From assembly GCA_964188305.1 (NCBI GenBank), contig OZ076885.1: a stretch of 64,000 nt of DNA; one strand, given 5' to 3'. Origin of the DNA: Podarcis bocagei. Lineage: Eukaryota. The position numbers and the translations under genes are program-made. Under the pieces are notes generated by a model. The model ran no database searches. It had not been told where the DNA came from and worked only from the letters and a program-made list of their open reading frames with translations. Positions 13,628 to 28,623 of this stretch are shown here, one piece after another; positions within the stretch are counted from its first letter, which is position 1, and each line of letters starts with the position of its first letter.

Positions 13628-15153
13628 AGTTACTCATTTGATGGCTCCTGAACTACAGGCATTACATGCCTGTTTACATTTCAAAAAAGTGGAGATAAAT
13701 CTCATCAGTGAAGCCATAATGAATGTTTAAGTACACAAATATATTCCAACATTCTTTGCTTGGAGGCAAGTGTCACTTTAATTAGTTAACTTCACTGAAA
13801 ATGCACAATTTTTGAACAAGTACTAGTCCTAAATATTGATGAATTTGAAACCTGTTCTATAGTGCCTTTTAAAACGCATGTCTATAAGCTTTTCAGATTC
13901 TTACAAAGCTGAAATTGCTGTACCAGTTACACTAATGTTTACCCTTGGAGTGTCGAAAATACAGTGTCTCTTTGATTTATGGAGTTACATTCTCTTTTCA
14001 GCAGTGTAAATATCAGGGAGACAAGTAGTGCATGCACACTGTATTATCCGAAAGGGAAATTCTGAATAAAAAAACTTTTGAAGAAGAAAGAAAAATGCAT
14101 AGACAGTAGTTACAGTGTTATACTATCTTTAATCATTAAAGCTTTAAAAATGTGGTAATCAGTTGTAGAGCTCTTTAAGTAGCCGAATAAAACCTAATGC
14201 TGATATTTAGAGATTTTAGTTCAATTCCACTCTGAATTAGCTGCTCTGCATATTTTTTTTTGTAAAAACATAACATTAAAAAACTCTTGGTTTTTACAAT
14301 TATAATACAATTAAATTATTTGTAATCACCATGAACAATCTGGTTTTAAAGGTTATTTTGAAAAAAAAAGTTCTGCGGAGCAATGATATAAACCATGTCT
14401 ATGAAAACCTTTTACAAAAGTTACTTTTTGTTAGCTACATCTCACAAGTAGAGTGAATAAGCTGGACCCATGACTGGCTTATCAAGCAAAATTGATGAGG
14501 GAAAAAAAGTTTTGGATTTTAATTTAATAAATCAAAAATAGTAATGTGTATATTTGATCAAGTAGTGTATGCAGTTCCATGAAACCTCATTTAATGATGT
14601 TAGGTTAAACAGCAGAAGGCTTGTGAGAAGATCTATATTGGGTAAAGTTTGGTCACACTCATTGTCTCTGATATTGAATGGGAGTTGTGAAATATGCCAC
14701 ACATATAATTTAAAAACCCGAAAATTATTATTTCTCAATTGGTTGAAATTGTACATGCAGTAGTTAGATTTGCTTCATATTACTCTAAATAATTTTTTTA
14801 ACTTATTCCATGTAGAAATAAGATGTTGGTTGCTGGAGGTTGTTTCATGGGCGGGTTAATAGTGGCTCTCTAGCTGTCTCTCATGAAATAGTGTTTGAAA
14901 CATTGAGTGCTGACCTTGGAGTTAATAGTGTCTTAAGATGGTTCTAATAGTGGCTTTATAAATTTCATCTCGAAAACCATTACATATTCTGCTTTAATCA
15001 CTCTTTCTATGATCTACTGATACATTATTTTGTTGATGCTAAATGCTTAACTTCTTTCTTTTTTCCCCTTCTCTCTTCATATCCTGAAGTTTCAACTAAC
15101 CTTTCAATGCTTTTCTTCCTTACCTCTTTTATTTGCTTCATTTATGCATTAAG

Positions 15154-15171
15154 TGGTTGCTTAGATTTAAG
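15154..15171 (+). CDS. ABI2: ABI2 18-nt microexon (WLLRFK)
   Basis: taag|TGGTTGCTTAGATTTAAG|gtaaga; peptide matches the known ABI2 insert; long pyrimidine tract upstream. Confidence 0.93.
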
Positions 15172-16655
15172 GTAAGAAACGACAGGGCTGAATTTCATTC
15201 TTATTCTTTAGACTATTACATTCGGGGAGAGTGATAATTTCTGGTGGGTGGGGTGGGAGGGAATACCACCTTGAACACTATTCTTTGGTCTTAAAACATT
15301 TTTTAAAGCATAACAAAATGATGACCATAAGGATCTGGATAATGGATGATTTTCATGATAAAAAAATATATATTTGTGACCTCTGATCTCCCACTGTGTA
15401 ATGATCTTTTTATCCTATATATGATGTAATTTGCTTACTTTTATTAATAGTGCTTGAATTTGCAAGCTTGCCTGTCTTGAAAAATCAAAAGTAATGTGGG
15501 GCATGATTCTTTTATGAAAAAGTGATGTTTACCAGTTAGCCATTTACAGCCCACTTTTGGGACTTCCAAACCTGCTAGGAAGTATGTATAGTACTTACAT
15601 TAGACTGTTATTGCAAGTCAGTACACTGGCACAAATGGCTATGCTCAAATAAAAAACGTAAACTATATTGTGAGACTGCCCTTATTTACATGGATTCCCC
15701 CATACTTTGTAGCTTTGAACAGTATTAGGAGGAGCTTAACATTTTTCTCAGTGTTGTCATGCTTGAATACATTCATTCATGTCATGCTGTTTGCAGTCAA
15801 AAGTTACAATATAGAAAAAGATGGGCATGCCTAAATTCCATTGGAAATCAATCTGATTGAAATGCTTGATGGCATTTAATCTGTGATCCGACTCTTTTAG
15901 AATTGCATCCAAAGACATTTTAAAAATTCAGTTACTTTTACGTGTGCTCAAGGGTTTCCGGCATCCAGTGGGTTTCTGGTTTTTTATTGGAACAACATAT
16001 TCTTTCCAGTCCTTGACATGTCAGGAATTAGTTGTTGTGCAACATATTTGGTTTGCCAGTTCGGAAAAGCACATTGCAGATCCCCCTGAGCACATGGAGC
16101 TAATTGTGTAGCTCCCATTGGAAAAGCAGCGGAAGATTTTGAAATCTGGTTGAAACTAATTAGAAATGTAAAGATCAGGTAATTGATTGTTCACTATGTT
16201 TAATTATACTAATAATTAAAATGTAATTTAACATAAGGCAACCTCCTTCAAGTTTGGAAATGTGGGGCATGCTTTCCGGTGTCATGAGAAACAACTGTGA
16301 TGGGGAAGAATTAAGCCAAACTCGGGTTTAGGAAATGAAATTATTCCTATCTTGCTCTGTATACTCAAATTATTTCCAGCAGCTTCATATCTTAGCCTAG
16401 ATGAGAGATTCTTTAAGGATAGCGGAAAAATAGCTTCTCATAAAAATGGATCAACATTACACAATTCCTCCATCTTAAATATTTCTGCGTATGTGTTTAC
16501 TGCTTTCCAACATCAGTTTAGGAGTTTGAGCATAGGTGCTCAGTCGGAACTGAAGTAGCAAGCAAGCACCATTTCTGACCCCTTTTTCTGAGGATAGCAT
16601 TTCATCATTCTAAGAATCCTATTCTCCCTTCTATTTTGTTAAGAGCTGAATTACC

Positions 16656-16730
16656 ATAGAATCATACAGTTGGAAGGGACCACTAGGGTAATATAATCCA
16701 GCCTCCTATAGTGCAGGAATCTTTTGCCCA
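16656..16730 (-). mobile_element. CR1 LINE 3' end fragment (another at about 47181-47280)
   Basis: catagaatc tail plus agttggaagggacc motif. Confidence 0.6.
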
Positions 16731-17023
16731 ACATGGGGCTCAGACCCATTGAGACTAAGAGTCTGAGCTAGACTGAGTGGAATTATCCATATGAAATTGC
16801 TGTTAAAGTCCAGCTTGGAACATGTGTCTTCAACACCCATGCTTATTAATTAACCAACCCATAATCTAGCCAGTTTATCTATACTTGCCATCTTCTGTCA
16901 GTGATTGGCAGGTATCTGCAGCTAGTTTAAAAAGCAGCCAACACTAGAATCATTAATGGATCCCTTATGCCTGGCTCCTAGATGCCTACTTAATATGTTG
17001 TCTTTCATTACTTTAAGAATATA

Positions 17024-17349
17024 CAGTGGTGCCTCGCAAGACGAAAAGAATCCGTTCTGTGATTCTCTTCGTCTAGCGGTTTTTTTGTCTTGCGAAGCAA
17101 GCCCATTGACGGATTAGCGCTATTAGCGGCTTTTAGCGGCTTATCTGCTGATCGGATCAGCTGATAAGCGGCTTAGCGGCTTAGAAAAAGGGGGGGAGGG
17201 AAAAAAACCAGCAGGAACTCGCAATACATTGTCGTCTTGCGAAGCAAGCCCATAGGAAATTCGTTTTGCGAAGCACCTCCAAAACGGAAAACTCTTTCGT
17301 CTAGCGAGTTTTCCGTCTTGCGAGGCATTTGTCTTGCGGGGCACCACTG
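17024..17349. mobile_element. Tc1/mariner MITE, GCAAGACG family, copy A
   Basis: TIR cagtggtgcctcgcaagac; TA TSD. Confidence 0.92.
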
Positions 17350-17587
17350 TAATCAGATTTCAGGAAGAGCAACCTATCAGTCTGCAGAAGGTAGTTAAGA
17401 AGCCGTTTAATGGTCTATGGAGGATACTTTTAAGAATGTGTTATAGCTAACTGTTGTCATTTAAGAAAGATGCCAGTCTTACTTAGGAGTAAGTACTATT
17501 GAACTCAGTGGGACTTGCCACTAAGTAACATATAATGCTACCAATGCATATTGACATAATTACGTCTAGGATTCTAGTTAACTGAAC

Positions 17588-17790
17588 ACAGCATGGTATA
17601 GACTTTTGAACTTGGATCATAGACATCCACGTTCAAATCTTCACTCAGACACAAAGCTAATTCGGTGTCCTTGGGCCTGTCAAACTCTTTCACCTTCATC
17701 TGCTTCGCACAGGGTTCTTGTGAGTATAATATGGGGTAATTTCTGTGTATACTGCCCTGAGCTCCTTGAATGGGTGGCATACAAATGTGA
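17588..17790 (+). mobile_element. MIR-like tRNA SINE remnant (another at about 10075-10230)
   Basis: Degenerate B box gttcaaatc; ccttggg...cacagggttcttgtgag core. Confidence 0.55.
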
Positions 17791-19902
17791 GGCAATGATT
17801 GAAGGTGATAAAAAAACATATCTGATGCAGCTGACCATGGTAAGGAGCCCTCAGCCCCCAAAGCAGATGTGTCACTCTCACCTTAGTTTTCCAAGTATCT
17901 TTGAGCTGAAAATGGCGAATCCATTTGTGTGCCCATGCCCTTAACTGGTATAAATTTTGACAAAAGGGGGTGCAGTGCGGAAAGGGACTTCCCCTAGATA
18001 TATTTATTTAATTCCATTTATGGACCAATAAAAACATTCCACTACTAGGCTGACTGCAGAGGCGTACACATTCTGCATTTCCAGTGTTGGGCCTTCTCAA
18101 AACCCAAGTCTTCTATCATATTGGCCAAGTGACCAATATGATGCCCTGCAGATGTTGTGAACTACAACTCGCATCACCCTGTCCATGCCAGCTGGGGGTT
18201 GGGATCTAACAACTCCTGGGGAGTAGCTTCTCAGATGTAGCCAGTTTTTGTGTGGACTGGAGCACATATGTATTGTTTGTCAGGTGTTGCAATTGAACCA
18301 ACCCCGTGCGCAGATCCTTTGTTCCCTTTGCCAGGTTCTTGGTTTTGGGTGAAGTAGGAAAGCCTCAGCAGTTGTACAGACCTTTTCCCCTACTCCTCAT
18401 GCTTGGGTGAGAGAAGAGGGGCTGTGTGGGGAAAGGAACCCTTTCCCTCTGTCCCGGACCCTGGAAGCAGCAGTGTCCATTGGAAATGTTCCTCTTGCAC
18501 CCCACTGTTTACACTAATGCAAAACACCAACCTAAAATCTGCAGGGTATGCTTGAAGGCCACTTTGATACCTATTGCTGAAGAATTTGTATTTGCTGCTG
18601 CCTACGCCACACACACATTTAGTGAGGAAATGCTGTTTTCATTGTTTCAGCAGTGCTTTCCTCCTTAATAATTCTGCATGACATGCGAGCAATATTAGAT
18701 TATTGCGAGCGAGCTCCTAAAGCAGTTGGGAGAAGGAGAGATGATGTTCTGAATTTTAATCAAGGGAAATATAAAAAAAGTGTAATTGACAAAGACTGTT
18801 CTCTGTTGAAGCTTCACAGTTCATTCTGAAGATAAATTAAGAACCTCTTCTTTCTCTCCCCTGCTTTCCAGTTATTAGTTTGGGAAAATACATATATATT
18901 TGGGATACTTAGTTCACTTAAACAATTTTGTAGCTTATTTTTCCTTTCCTTGCTTGTTACAGCTCTGTTGGCTCTTAATTTTCTGAACTAAGTAGCAGAG
19001 CTGAGTACAAGAAAATGGGGCTATGTATGTTTTTTAAAAGATTCCATCTTTTTGCATCCTCCTTGAGGGTGTTGATTTCTTTAATGTTTTCACTTGCACA
19101 GACTCCCCCCCCCCTTTACCCCTAGCTTCTTGCCAATCTGGATACTGTTAAATCAAAGCCGTGTAATGAAAATGGCAAACATCTTAGTCATTTCTGGCTT
19201 CTAAAATAGCCATGTAAAATCAAAGTTGCTTCTCTTTTAGTGTCAGGCATATGTGCCACAATCCACAAACCTTTTCAGCGATGCTAAGGGTTTAATCGTC
19301 CCCACAGAAACTTTTGCTTTCTTTTCTTAGAAGTCTAAAATATCTTGTCATTTAACAAGCTGCTTCTGAAAATCCTCGTGTCAAAATCAGTTTGTGTGTT
19401 GTGGAGCTGTTATGCTGTAAAACCCAAGCTCCAAACACAACAGGGTTTATTGTTCCCTAGATTGTGACCACGGAAATAAAATTGAATATGGTGGGTTTCC
19501 TTCCTTCGCACTTGCATCCTAAAATGACACACATGTGATACTGCTTACATTTTGTAATCTATATTAGCTTTTTAAAGGCTTCTTAACTTGTTGCAGTGTT
19601 CACATTCATGCTAAAAGTGGCCACATGAGTTTTTCCTCTTTATGTGTACATGCTGATGATCTGTGGCCAATCATGGCTCCTGTTGTAACTATATCTGCTT
19701 CAAAGACAATGGCATACTTTGACTGTGTGAAGTAGCTCTCAACCTATTTTAAGATAAATTCTTGTTCTAAATGCTGTGATTTTTGTGTGGAAACCCCACA
19801 AGGTCACAGAACTTTTCATTGCACCTCTGGCGGAGGACAGAAGCCCAGTGATTGTGAGAGGTTGAGTCACACGCAACCCTAAAAGAAAAATCATGGAGTT
19901 TA

Positions 19903-20058
19903 CCATATTTTTCCGTGTATAAGACTAGGTTCCCCCCACCAAAAAAAATAATGTCAAAAATCAGTGGATAGTGCAGAGGGTGGACTGGCGATTGTTTGTT
20001 GCCCCCAAAATAGGGGTCGTCTTCTACATGGGGGCGTCTTATAGATGGAAAAATACGG
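19903..20058. mobile_element. CCGTATTTT-type MITE
   Basis: TIR ccatatttttcc/ggaaaaatacgg; TA flanks. Confidence 0.85.
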
Positions 20059-20979
20059 TATTTTTAAAAAAAGCATTTTACTAGCTTGCCTTTTAGTGTG
20101 TATCGAACCTGGATAAATATTTCCATGCCTAGTAGTGAATCTTGGATATTGTATGTAGAAAATGTAGTGTAGTGATCTCTAAAATTTATCCAGAAGAAAA
20201 AGTGAAGGCATGTTATTTAGCTGCATTTATCCAACGTCCTGTAACAATCATATGGGCCAGTTATTGGGGACGGACAGACAACTTTTGATCTAGCTTTGAA
20301 ATTTGAAAACTTAGTTTTCCCAGATTCAACGATCTTTCAATGTTGAGGTGTCTTTTCCATAATGTTCTACCTCATGCTCCATGTGGTGGAGCGATCCTGT
20401 CTTGTAAAAGTGTTGCTTTTTAAAATATGAAATTTTAGATTCATAGTCCAGGGATAAGGTAGCTTTCCTAGCAGTGCGCGTTCATACACACATGCACACA
20501 CAAGCTCTTTCCATACACAAACACAAGTATTAGTGTCCCCATGTTTGTGATTTATGTGGAAACAAGCAGTGATTTTTTCCCCTTTTTAAAAAAAATCAAC
20601 CCACCGTGATGCTGATGAACACAAAACATTAAATTATTCATACCTTGCATTTGCAGCATTGTAAATGTAATTTGTCATCAGCATCTCTTGAAACAGATCA
20701 ATAAAATGGCTACCAATCCTAAAAAAATGAGGTGATCTATGACAGAAATAACTCTTGGTGATATAGTCTTTTATACACAAAATGTCACCTTTTCTTTTTC
20801 TTTTAAAAAAGGCCATATTTTATTAGGGTGGTGTTGCAAGTGAAGCTTCATTTCATATATGAAGTTGATTTATGAAAGTGCTTAGTGCAGATAGAAAGTG
20901 TCCAAATAGATACTTTTTTTTTGGGGGGGGGAAATATTTTGGGAAAGACTGCAGTGTTTAGACTATAAAGCTGAAAGAC

Positions 20980-21115
20980 CAGGCTTCCTCAACCTTGGCC
21001 CTCCAGATGTTTTTGGCCTACAACTCCCATGATCCCTAGCTAGCAGGACCAGTGGTCAGGGATGATGGGAATTGTAGTCTCAAAACATCTGGAGGGCCAA
21101 GGTTGAGGAAGCCTG
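20980..21115. mobile_element. hAT-type hairpin MITE, same core as 2026-2162
   Basis: Long TIR caggcttcctcaaccttggccctccagatgtttt; 8-bp TSD tgaaagac. Confidence 0.9.
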
Positions 21116-22250
21116 TGAAAGACTGTATGGGACCAGCACAAGCACCCTTGAATGACAAGGATGAAGGGAGCAGAATCAGCAATAATCCTACTGCTACACT
21201 GGCTTCTGTTACTTCAGAGTAGACTCTTTTCAGCAGAATGAGATATTCACCAATACTTGGCCAGGTCATTGCATCCCTCTTGGGAAGTGAGGATACCAGA
21301 TTATTTCTTAAATTGAGCTTTTAGGATTCCCCCTTGTGCTTTTGTAATACATGGCGTAAGAGTTTCACGTTATGTATAACTCATTCCCTGTCCTAGGCAC
21401 ATCAGCTTCATAGACACTGCAGGTTGGTGGCAGGCAACCTTTTGCCTACCCCCACAACCACCCCGAGGTTGCTGGGCCCAAACTCCCATCAGCCCTAGCT
21501 AGCACGCTCTAGTTGGTCAGGTGAGAGGAGAGTTGGAATCAAATGACACCTGCAGGGCTGCAGGTTCCCCACCACTCAGTCAAACAAGAAAGCAGGGGTT
21601 TCCTGAAATATATATTAAGTGCTTTTGAGAGACACTTCATGTGTTGTGCTGTGGCAGAGTTGCATTTGCTACCGCTAGAATGTGTAGCTGAGGTTCCATA
21701 GCCAAACCCCTAGGCACGTCCCCTGGACGCATGCAATACAAATGTATTTTTAAACTTTATGTATTACATAGTTCAGGGATATATTGTGGCCCTTCAGATG
21801 TGCTTGGACTACAGCTCCCATCAGTCCTAGCCAGCCTAGCCCAGTGGTCCAGAATCCTAGGAGTTGTAGGCAAATAATATCTAGGAGCCACCCGTGATTT
21901 GTATTATAATACATAAAGTTTGGAAACCCATTTGTCTTTCATTTATACCCTACATTTCAGTAAAATATCTCATTTGTATTTCTAGGCGGCGGTTCTAAAC
22001 CTACTTTCTTGGCAACAAATCACATCAAGCCCCGTGGGGCTTACCTCTGAGCAGACGTGGGCAGGATTTGCATAGCTAGAAATGCAGTGAGGGAAAGGAT
22101 GTTGCCTTGAGCCTAGTAAGCAAAGTTTGCCTTGAGATAGGCACGCTTTCCTTGTTGCTGGTGATTGGAAGTTAAATGTGAAATCAGTCAGAACAACTCT
22201 TAAACACGCCATAGAACCACAAGTCCTTTGAGCACATCTTAACTCTTGTA

Positions 22251-22586
22251 CAGTGGTGCCTCGCAAGACGAAAAGAATCCGTTCCGTGATTCTCTTCGTC
22301 TAGCGGTTTTTTCGTCTTGCGAAGCAAGCCCATTGACAGATTAGCGGATTAGCGCTATTAGCGGCTTTTAGCAATTTATCGGCTTATCGGATCAGCTGAT
22401 AAGCGGCTTGGCGGCTTAGAAAAAGGGGGGGAAGGAAAAAAAAGCCTGCAGGAACTTGCAAGACATTTTTGTCTTGCGAAGCAAGCCCATAGGAGATTTG
22501 TTTTGCGAAGCACCTCCAAAACGGAAAACTCTTTCGTCTAGCGAGTTTTCCGTCTTGCGAGGCATTCGTCTTGCGGGGCACCACTG
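22251..22586. mobile_element. GCAAGACG-family MITE, copy B, close to copy A
   Basis: Same TIRs, TA TSD, (ttagcggc)-rich core. Confidence 0.92.
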
Positions 22587-22629
22587 TATGTAGAAATTGC
22601 ACATAGGTGCATGGCCACTGGGGCTTCTA

Positions 22630-22630
<1 letters not shown>

Positions 22631-22682
<52 letters not shown>
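22631..22682. repeat. (ATT)n microsatellite
   Basis: Seen directly. Confidence 0.95.
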
Positions 22683-22683
<1 letters not shown>

Positions 22684-22769
22684 ACATTCCCCTGCTTTTT
22701 TAATGTTGCAGATCAGTTCCCAAAGCGTTCTTAATTTATTCTCAGTCGTTGACCTGAAGAGTTCAGTGA

Positions 22770-22901
<132 letters not shown>

Positions 22902-23452
22902 TAAGTACAACTTCATGCGCATTGGAAAGGGGGCAGGGTGCAAAAAGGGAAGGTAAAAATCCTTTCTTGCTTTTACTATTGCTTCATGGCTCATTAGTGC
23001 CTCAAAATGACATTGTGGGCTTTGGAGGTGTCTTGTCTCTCTCCCCTGTAGGCAGATAGCACATTCATAGCATCGCCAGGAGGTGGAAATAATGGTTGAA
23101 TATGGTTTCTTTCGGCAGGAGCCTTTTGGGCTTTTGTTTGTAGAGTAGCTCTACACTGCTGTACCTAGAAAAAGTAGTGGCCCTGATTATTCTATACGAC
23201 ATGAACAGAGAAATTTCATGGGCCCAGTTAGGTCCGCTGAGAAGCATGGCACCAGCATGTGGAGTGTTCTTACAGGCTCAATAGAGCCCCCATTTTCTCT
23301 CTTCCTCTTCTGACCTACTAAGTGTGCAGGCACATCGCAGGCACCATGATAGACCAGCGATTGGACCAGGAACTCTCTGCATGCTTCCCCAGTCTGCCCT
23401 CTCCTCTTAATGCAAGTCACTGATGCACCAGAGCAGAAGTCACTTACTTTGA

Positions 23453-23902
<450 letters not shown>

Positions 23903-24166
23903 TAACAATAATTAAGACACATAACACAGCTTTATAGTGATCTGCTTTTAACCCCCCCCCCTCCCTCCAACCCTTCACTTAGAACTTCATAAATTCATGT
24001 GATTTCTTGGGAAATCCATTGGGAGTTAGAGGGAAACCATGCTCTTTATGCTACATGTTGTATAATGCGAAGTTGTTTGTCTAGGAAGAGTTTTTTTAAA
24101 AAGATACACAATTTGCTTGCCGAATTGTGTATTGTAGCATATGAAGTCTTGAATAGAACTGTATCC

Positions 24167-24217
24167 TGTTTGTTTGTTTGTTTGTTTGTTTGTTTGCTTG
24201 TTTGTTTGTTTGTTTGT
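24167..24217. repeat. (GTTT)n microsatellite
   Basis: Seen directly. Confidence 0.9.
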
Positions 24218-24814
24218 TATAACTTCTATTTATTTGCCTCTCCGCCATAAGACGGTCATGGCCGTGCACTGTTTCTAAAATGTGGTGTCTACAAATGAGG
24301 GTGATGCTGTCATGAGGCTTTATTGTTACTTCCCAATAAGTTCTGAAACTTGAGATTCCATGCGGAACAGACATTATTGTTGTTGTTGTTGTTGTTGTTG
24401 TTGTTATACCTGTAGATGAGACTTTGGTGCCTGTGAAAATGTTGGTAACATGAACTAGATAGGAAACATGACTGATTTAATTCCTTTATGTGGATTTGCA
24501 GAAGTAATGTAAAAGCTGGAGAAAGGCCTTGGCCTAAGATAGGTCTGTACTAAGGAAATTGATCTGCAGAACAGATTAGCCCTGGCCAGCATAAAATGTA
24601 ATGGTATGTTGGTGAGATTTCATGGTGCCGTGCCAAAAACTATTTTAGGCATAAGCGTTTTTACTTGTGGAGTATTAAGCAATGCAGATAAAACCAACCT
24701 CCTTCTAATATTGGCCCTTTGCCCATTAAGAGTTGATATTTCTAGGGTCCTGAAAGCCATCTCCTATAATCTAGCAGGCAGCTGTTACTCGTCAGCGATG
24801 TACCCTGATTTTAG

Positions 24815-25108
<294 letters not shown>

Positions 25109-25370
25109 TAATGGCAATTATATGTAAGCTGCTTTGAGTCCTGTCAGGGGGAAAGGCGATGTTTTACATTGGATAAGTTGAAATCCTCCTTCCATTCCCC
25201 ACCCCGTTTTTGCTGCGTACCTAAGGGGTAACCCTTTCCCTACATAAACATTTTTCTACCTCTCCTTCCTCCCCCTCCGCTGCTGCCATTTTTGGGGCTA
25301 GAGTTTTAAGCGTTTGTGGAACGTTCCGCACAAAAGACTCGAAAGCTTTTCTAATCCTTGCTAACCGTAA

Positions 25371-25652
<282 letters not shown>

Positions 25653-25909
25653 TAAGACTGGTTTTGTTGAGTGCTGCAGATTCACAGAGTTTCCTGTGCT
25701 TGTGTGGTTTTCATTGGGAAAGCGTGGCATTTCGTTTTCCATCGTTTCATCATCTTTCTCAGCTGCTGAAAGCACCTTGTTATACAGAATTGTTTGGCTT
25801 GCTGTGTTTCTTTGTGCGTTGTTTTCAAAATGCCCCTTTGTCTACCCTACCGTCTATCTCGGTTATTTCGATCCAAGCATTATTCTGACAACCGCGCATT
25901 GTTGACTTA

Positions 25910-26335
25910 CCATACTTTTCTGTGTAGAAGACTATGTTTTTCTTTTCAAATCATGGTAAAAAGTGGGGGTTGTCTTATACATGGGTAGTGCATAGGGTGG
26001 GCGTTTGATTGGTTGCTGCTGCGGCTGTCAGCTGCTATTGTGCGTATGATTGGTTGCTGCATCAATGGGTGGTGTTGATTGGCTGACGCTTTGGCAGTTG
26101 GGTGGGTGAATTGCAGCTGCTGCCAGCGATGGGGCAGACAGGAGTCAGATTTTGCTATGCATATGGGTGAGCTATTTTCGGCAATCCCCCCCTGAAAAAA
26201 GCTCAACAATGCTGAGCAGTCCTCTGCAATAAGCTCAATGACTCTCTGCCATCTCACCTCATTTTCTTAAATATGAGTCCCCCAAAATAGGGGAAGTCTT
26301 ATACACGGGGGCGTCTTATAGATGGAATAGTACGG
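25910..26335. mobile_element. CCGTATTTT-type MITE, longer copy
   Basis: Degenerate TIRs, TA flanks, ends shared with the 19903 copy. Confidence 0.8.
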
Positions 26336-27453
26336 TATTTGCAGCTTGTTTCAAAAAAAAAAGTTCAACATTTTGTAGGTAACATTGTATCAAACTCATT
26401 GCTTGGAAGCATGGTTGTAAATCTTAAGTGATGGCAGTGTACAAGGCTGTTTAATATTTAGGGGGAGCAACTGATTTACAAGTAGCAAAATATATTTTTC
26501 AGGTTTAATTGATTAACCTTTTAGGTAAAAATATTGCTGTACTCTAGACTTTACCAAGGCACTGCTTTTGGATTTGAAAGTTGAGGCGGGGGCGGGGGGG
26601 CGGGGTGAAGACCACCTGAAACGAGCATCATAGTTGGGTGTTCTGTGACTGGTGAAACCCATTTAAACTTGGAGCAGCTTACGGCCATCTCTTACAAGGA
26701 TATTTGCTATTTGATTATTTTGCAGTTTTTTGGCTTTGCTAAACATGTCCCCTTCCATTCAAAAGTATTATGGATGTAAAAGTTTCTGCTGCGTTGGTTC
26801 GTTCCAGCATGTTGGTCATCAAGTGGTGAACGTGCATATAGGAACTTAACCTTAGTTGAGTTACTCTGGAAAATCGGGCAGAGCACGCTGTGGTCGTGTA
26901 CTTGTTTCATGTTTCCCTCAGCTTCTTTGAGAGCTAATGAAGAATCAGCTCAGAGACCTGCTTTTTTAAAATGCTGGGTGGAATGCTACCATTCTGCTCT
27001 GCCCCATATTCATCTTAACAAGTTTCCTTTGAAGTGTAATTTAAGGTATCCCATCGTATGTACCTGCTATGTCAGCTGAATTGCTTCGTTTTCAAAAGCA
27101 TAACATTGTAGGGTTTGTATTAATGCCGAACCTCTGAATCATCTGAGCAGCTTTTAAAGCATGTGAAAAAACCACACCAATGGGTTGTTTCTAAAACTGT
27201 CTTCCCACAAGCAGAGTAGACTTGCAGTCATGCAGTGGCATTTCATCTTCCTCTCTTTCACACCTCAAATTTGCTCTGGGGGTTTGGGGGACCCGTTGGA
27301 CTTGGGGCTTTTTTTTGCGGGGGCGGGGCGGCAAGAAGCTGCAAGGAGGAGATAGGAAAGATGAAGACCCGGTGTGTGAGCCAAACGTCTCCTTATGCAA
27401 CATTGGGTTCCACCCTTTGTGTTCAAACATTTTAGATAAAGCTGAAATCTGTC

Positions 27454-27457
<4 letters not shown>

Positions 27458-27498
<41 letters not shown>
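27458..27498. repeat. (AC)n microsatellite
   Basis: Seen directly. Confidence 0.95.
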
Positions 27499-27500
<2 letters not shown>

Positions 27501-27524
27501 TTCTTTATTGAAAGTTAAATACTA

Positions 27525-27758
27525 CAGTCATACCTCGGGTTACAGATGCTTCAGGTTGCGTTTTTTTGGGTTGCGGACCGCCGAAACCCGGAAGTACCGG
27601 AACGGGTTGCTTCCGGGTTTCGGCGGTCGTGCATGCACAGAAGCACCGAATCACAAATCACAACCCATGCGTGCGCAGAGCGCCACTGCGGTTTGCAAAC
27701 GCTGCGGGTGTGAACATGCATCCCACACTGATCACGTTCGCAACCCGAGCATCCACTG
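27525..27758. mobile_element. Tigger-like MITE
   Basis: TIR cagtcatacctcgggtt / aacccgagcatccactg; TA TSD. Confidence 0.8.
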
Positions 27759-27772
27759 TACATAACCATATA

Positions 27773-27981
27773 CAGTGGTACCTCAAGTTACATATGCTTC
27801 AGGTTACAGACTCTGCTAACCCAGAAATAGTACCTTGGGTTAAGAACTTTGCTTCAGGATGAGAACAGAAATCGTGCTCTGGTGGTATGGCAGCAGCTGG
27901 AGGCCCCATTAACTAAAGTGGTGCTTCAGGTTAAGAATGGACCTCTGGAACGAATTAAGTACTTAACCCGAGGTACCACTG
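27773..27981. mobile_element. Tigger-like MITE, same subfamily as 62009-62409
   Basis: TIR cagtggtacctc/gaggtaccactg; TA TSD. Confidence 0.88.
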
Positions 27982-28332
27982 TATGTCCACCAAGCATGGC
28001 GAGACGAAATAAAAGAGAGAAAAAGGAAAAGAGAAACAGCACGTGTGTAGAAGGGAAAGTGAAGGGGGAAACCCAAAATTGTATACTTTACAAAGTTGTT
28101 ATTGTACCTCACCAGATCTTAACCTATTACAGTATTTGTAAGAATGGATTCTAAATATCATTGAATTGGTCCATGGCAAGTCTGCGTTTATATGCAAGTT
28201 GTTCATATGACGCGAGTTTGTATAAGTCTTCAATCCAATCGTAGAAGGGAGCCACGTTTTTATTTTTCCCATTCAGTTTCAGTCTTTTTGCTGTGGTGAG
28301 TCCACTCATATGAAGCGGAAATCTAAATGTGA

Positions 28333-28623
<291 letters not shown>

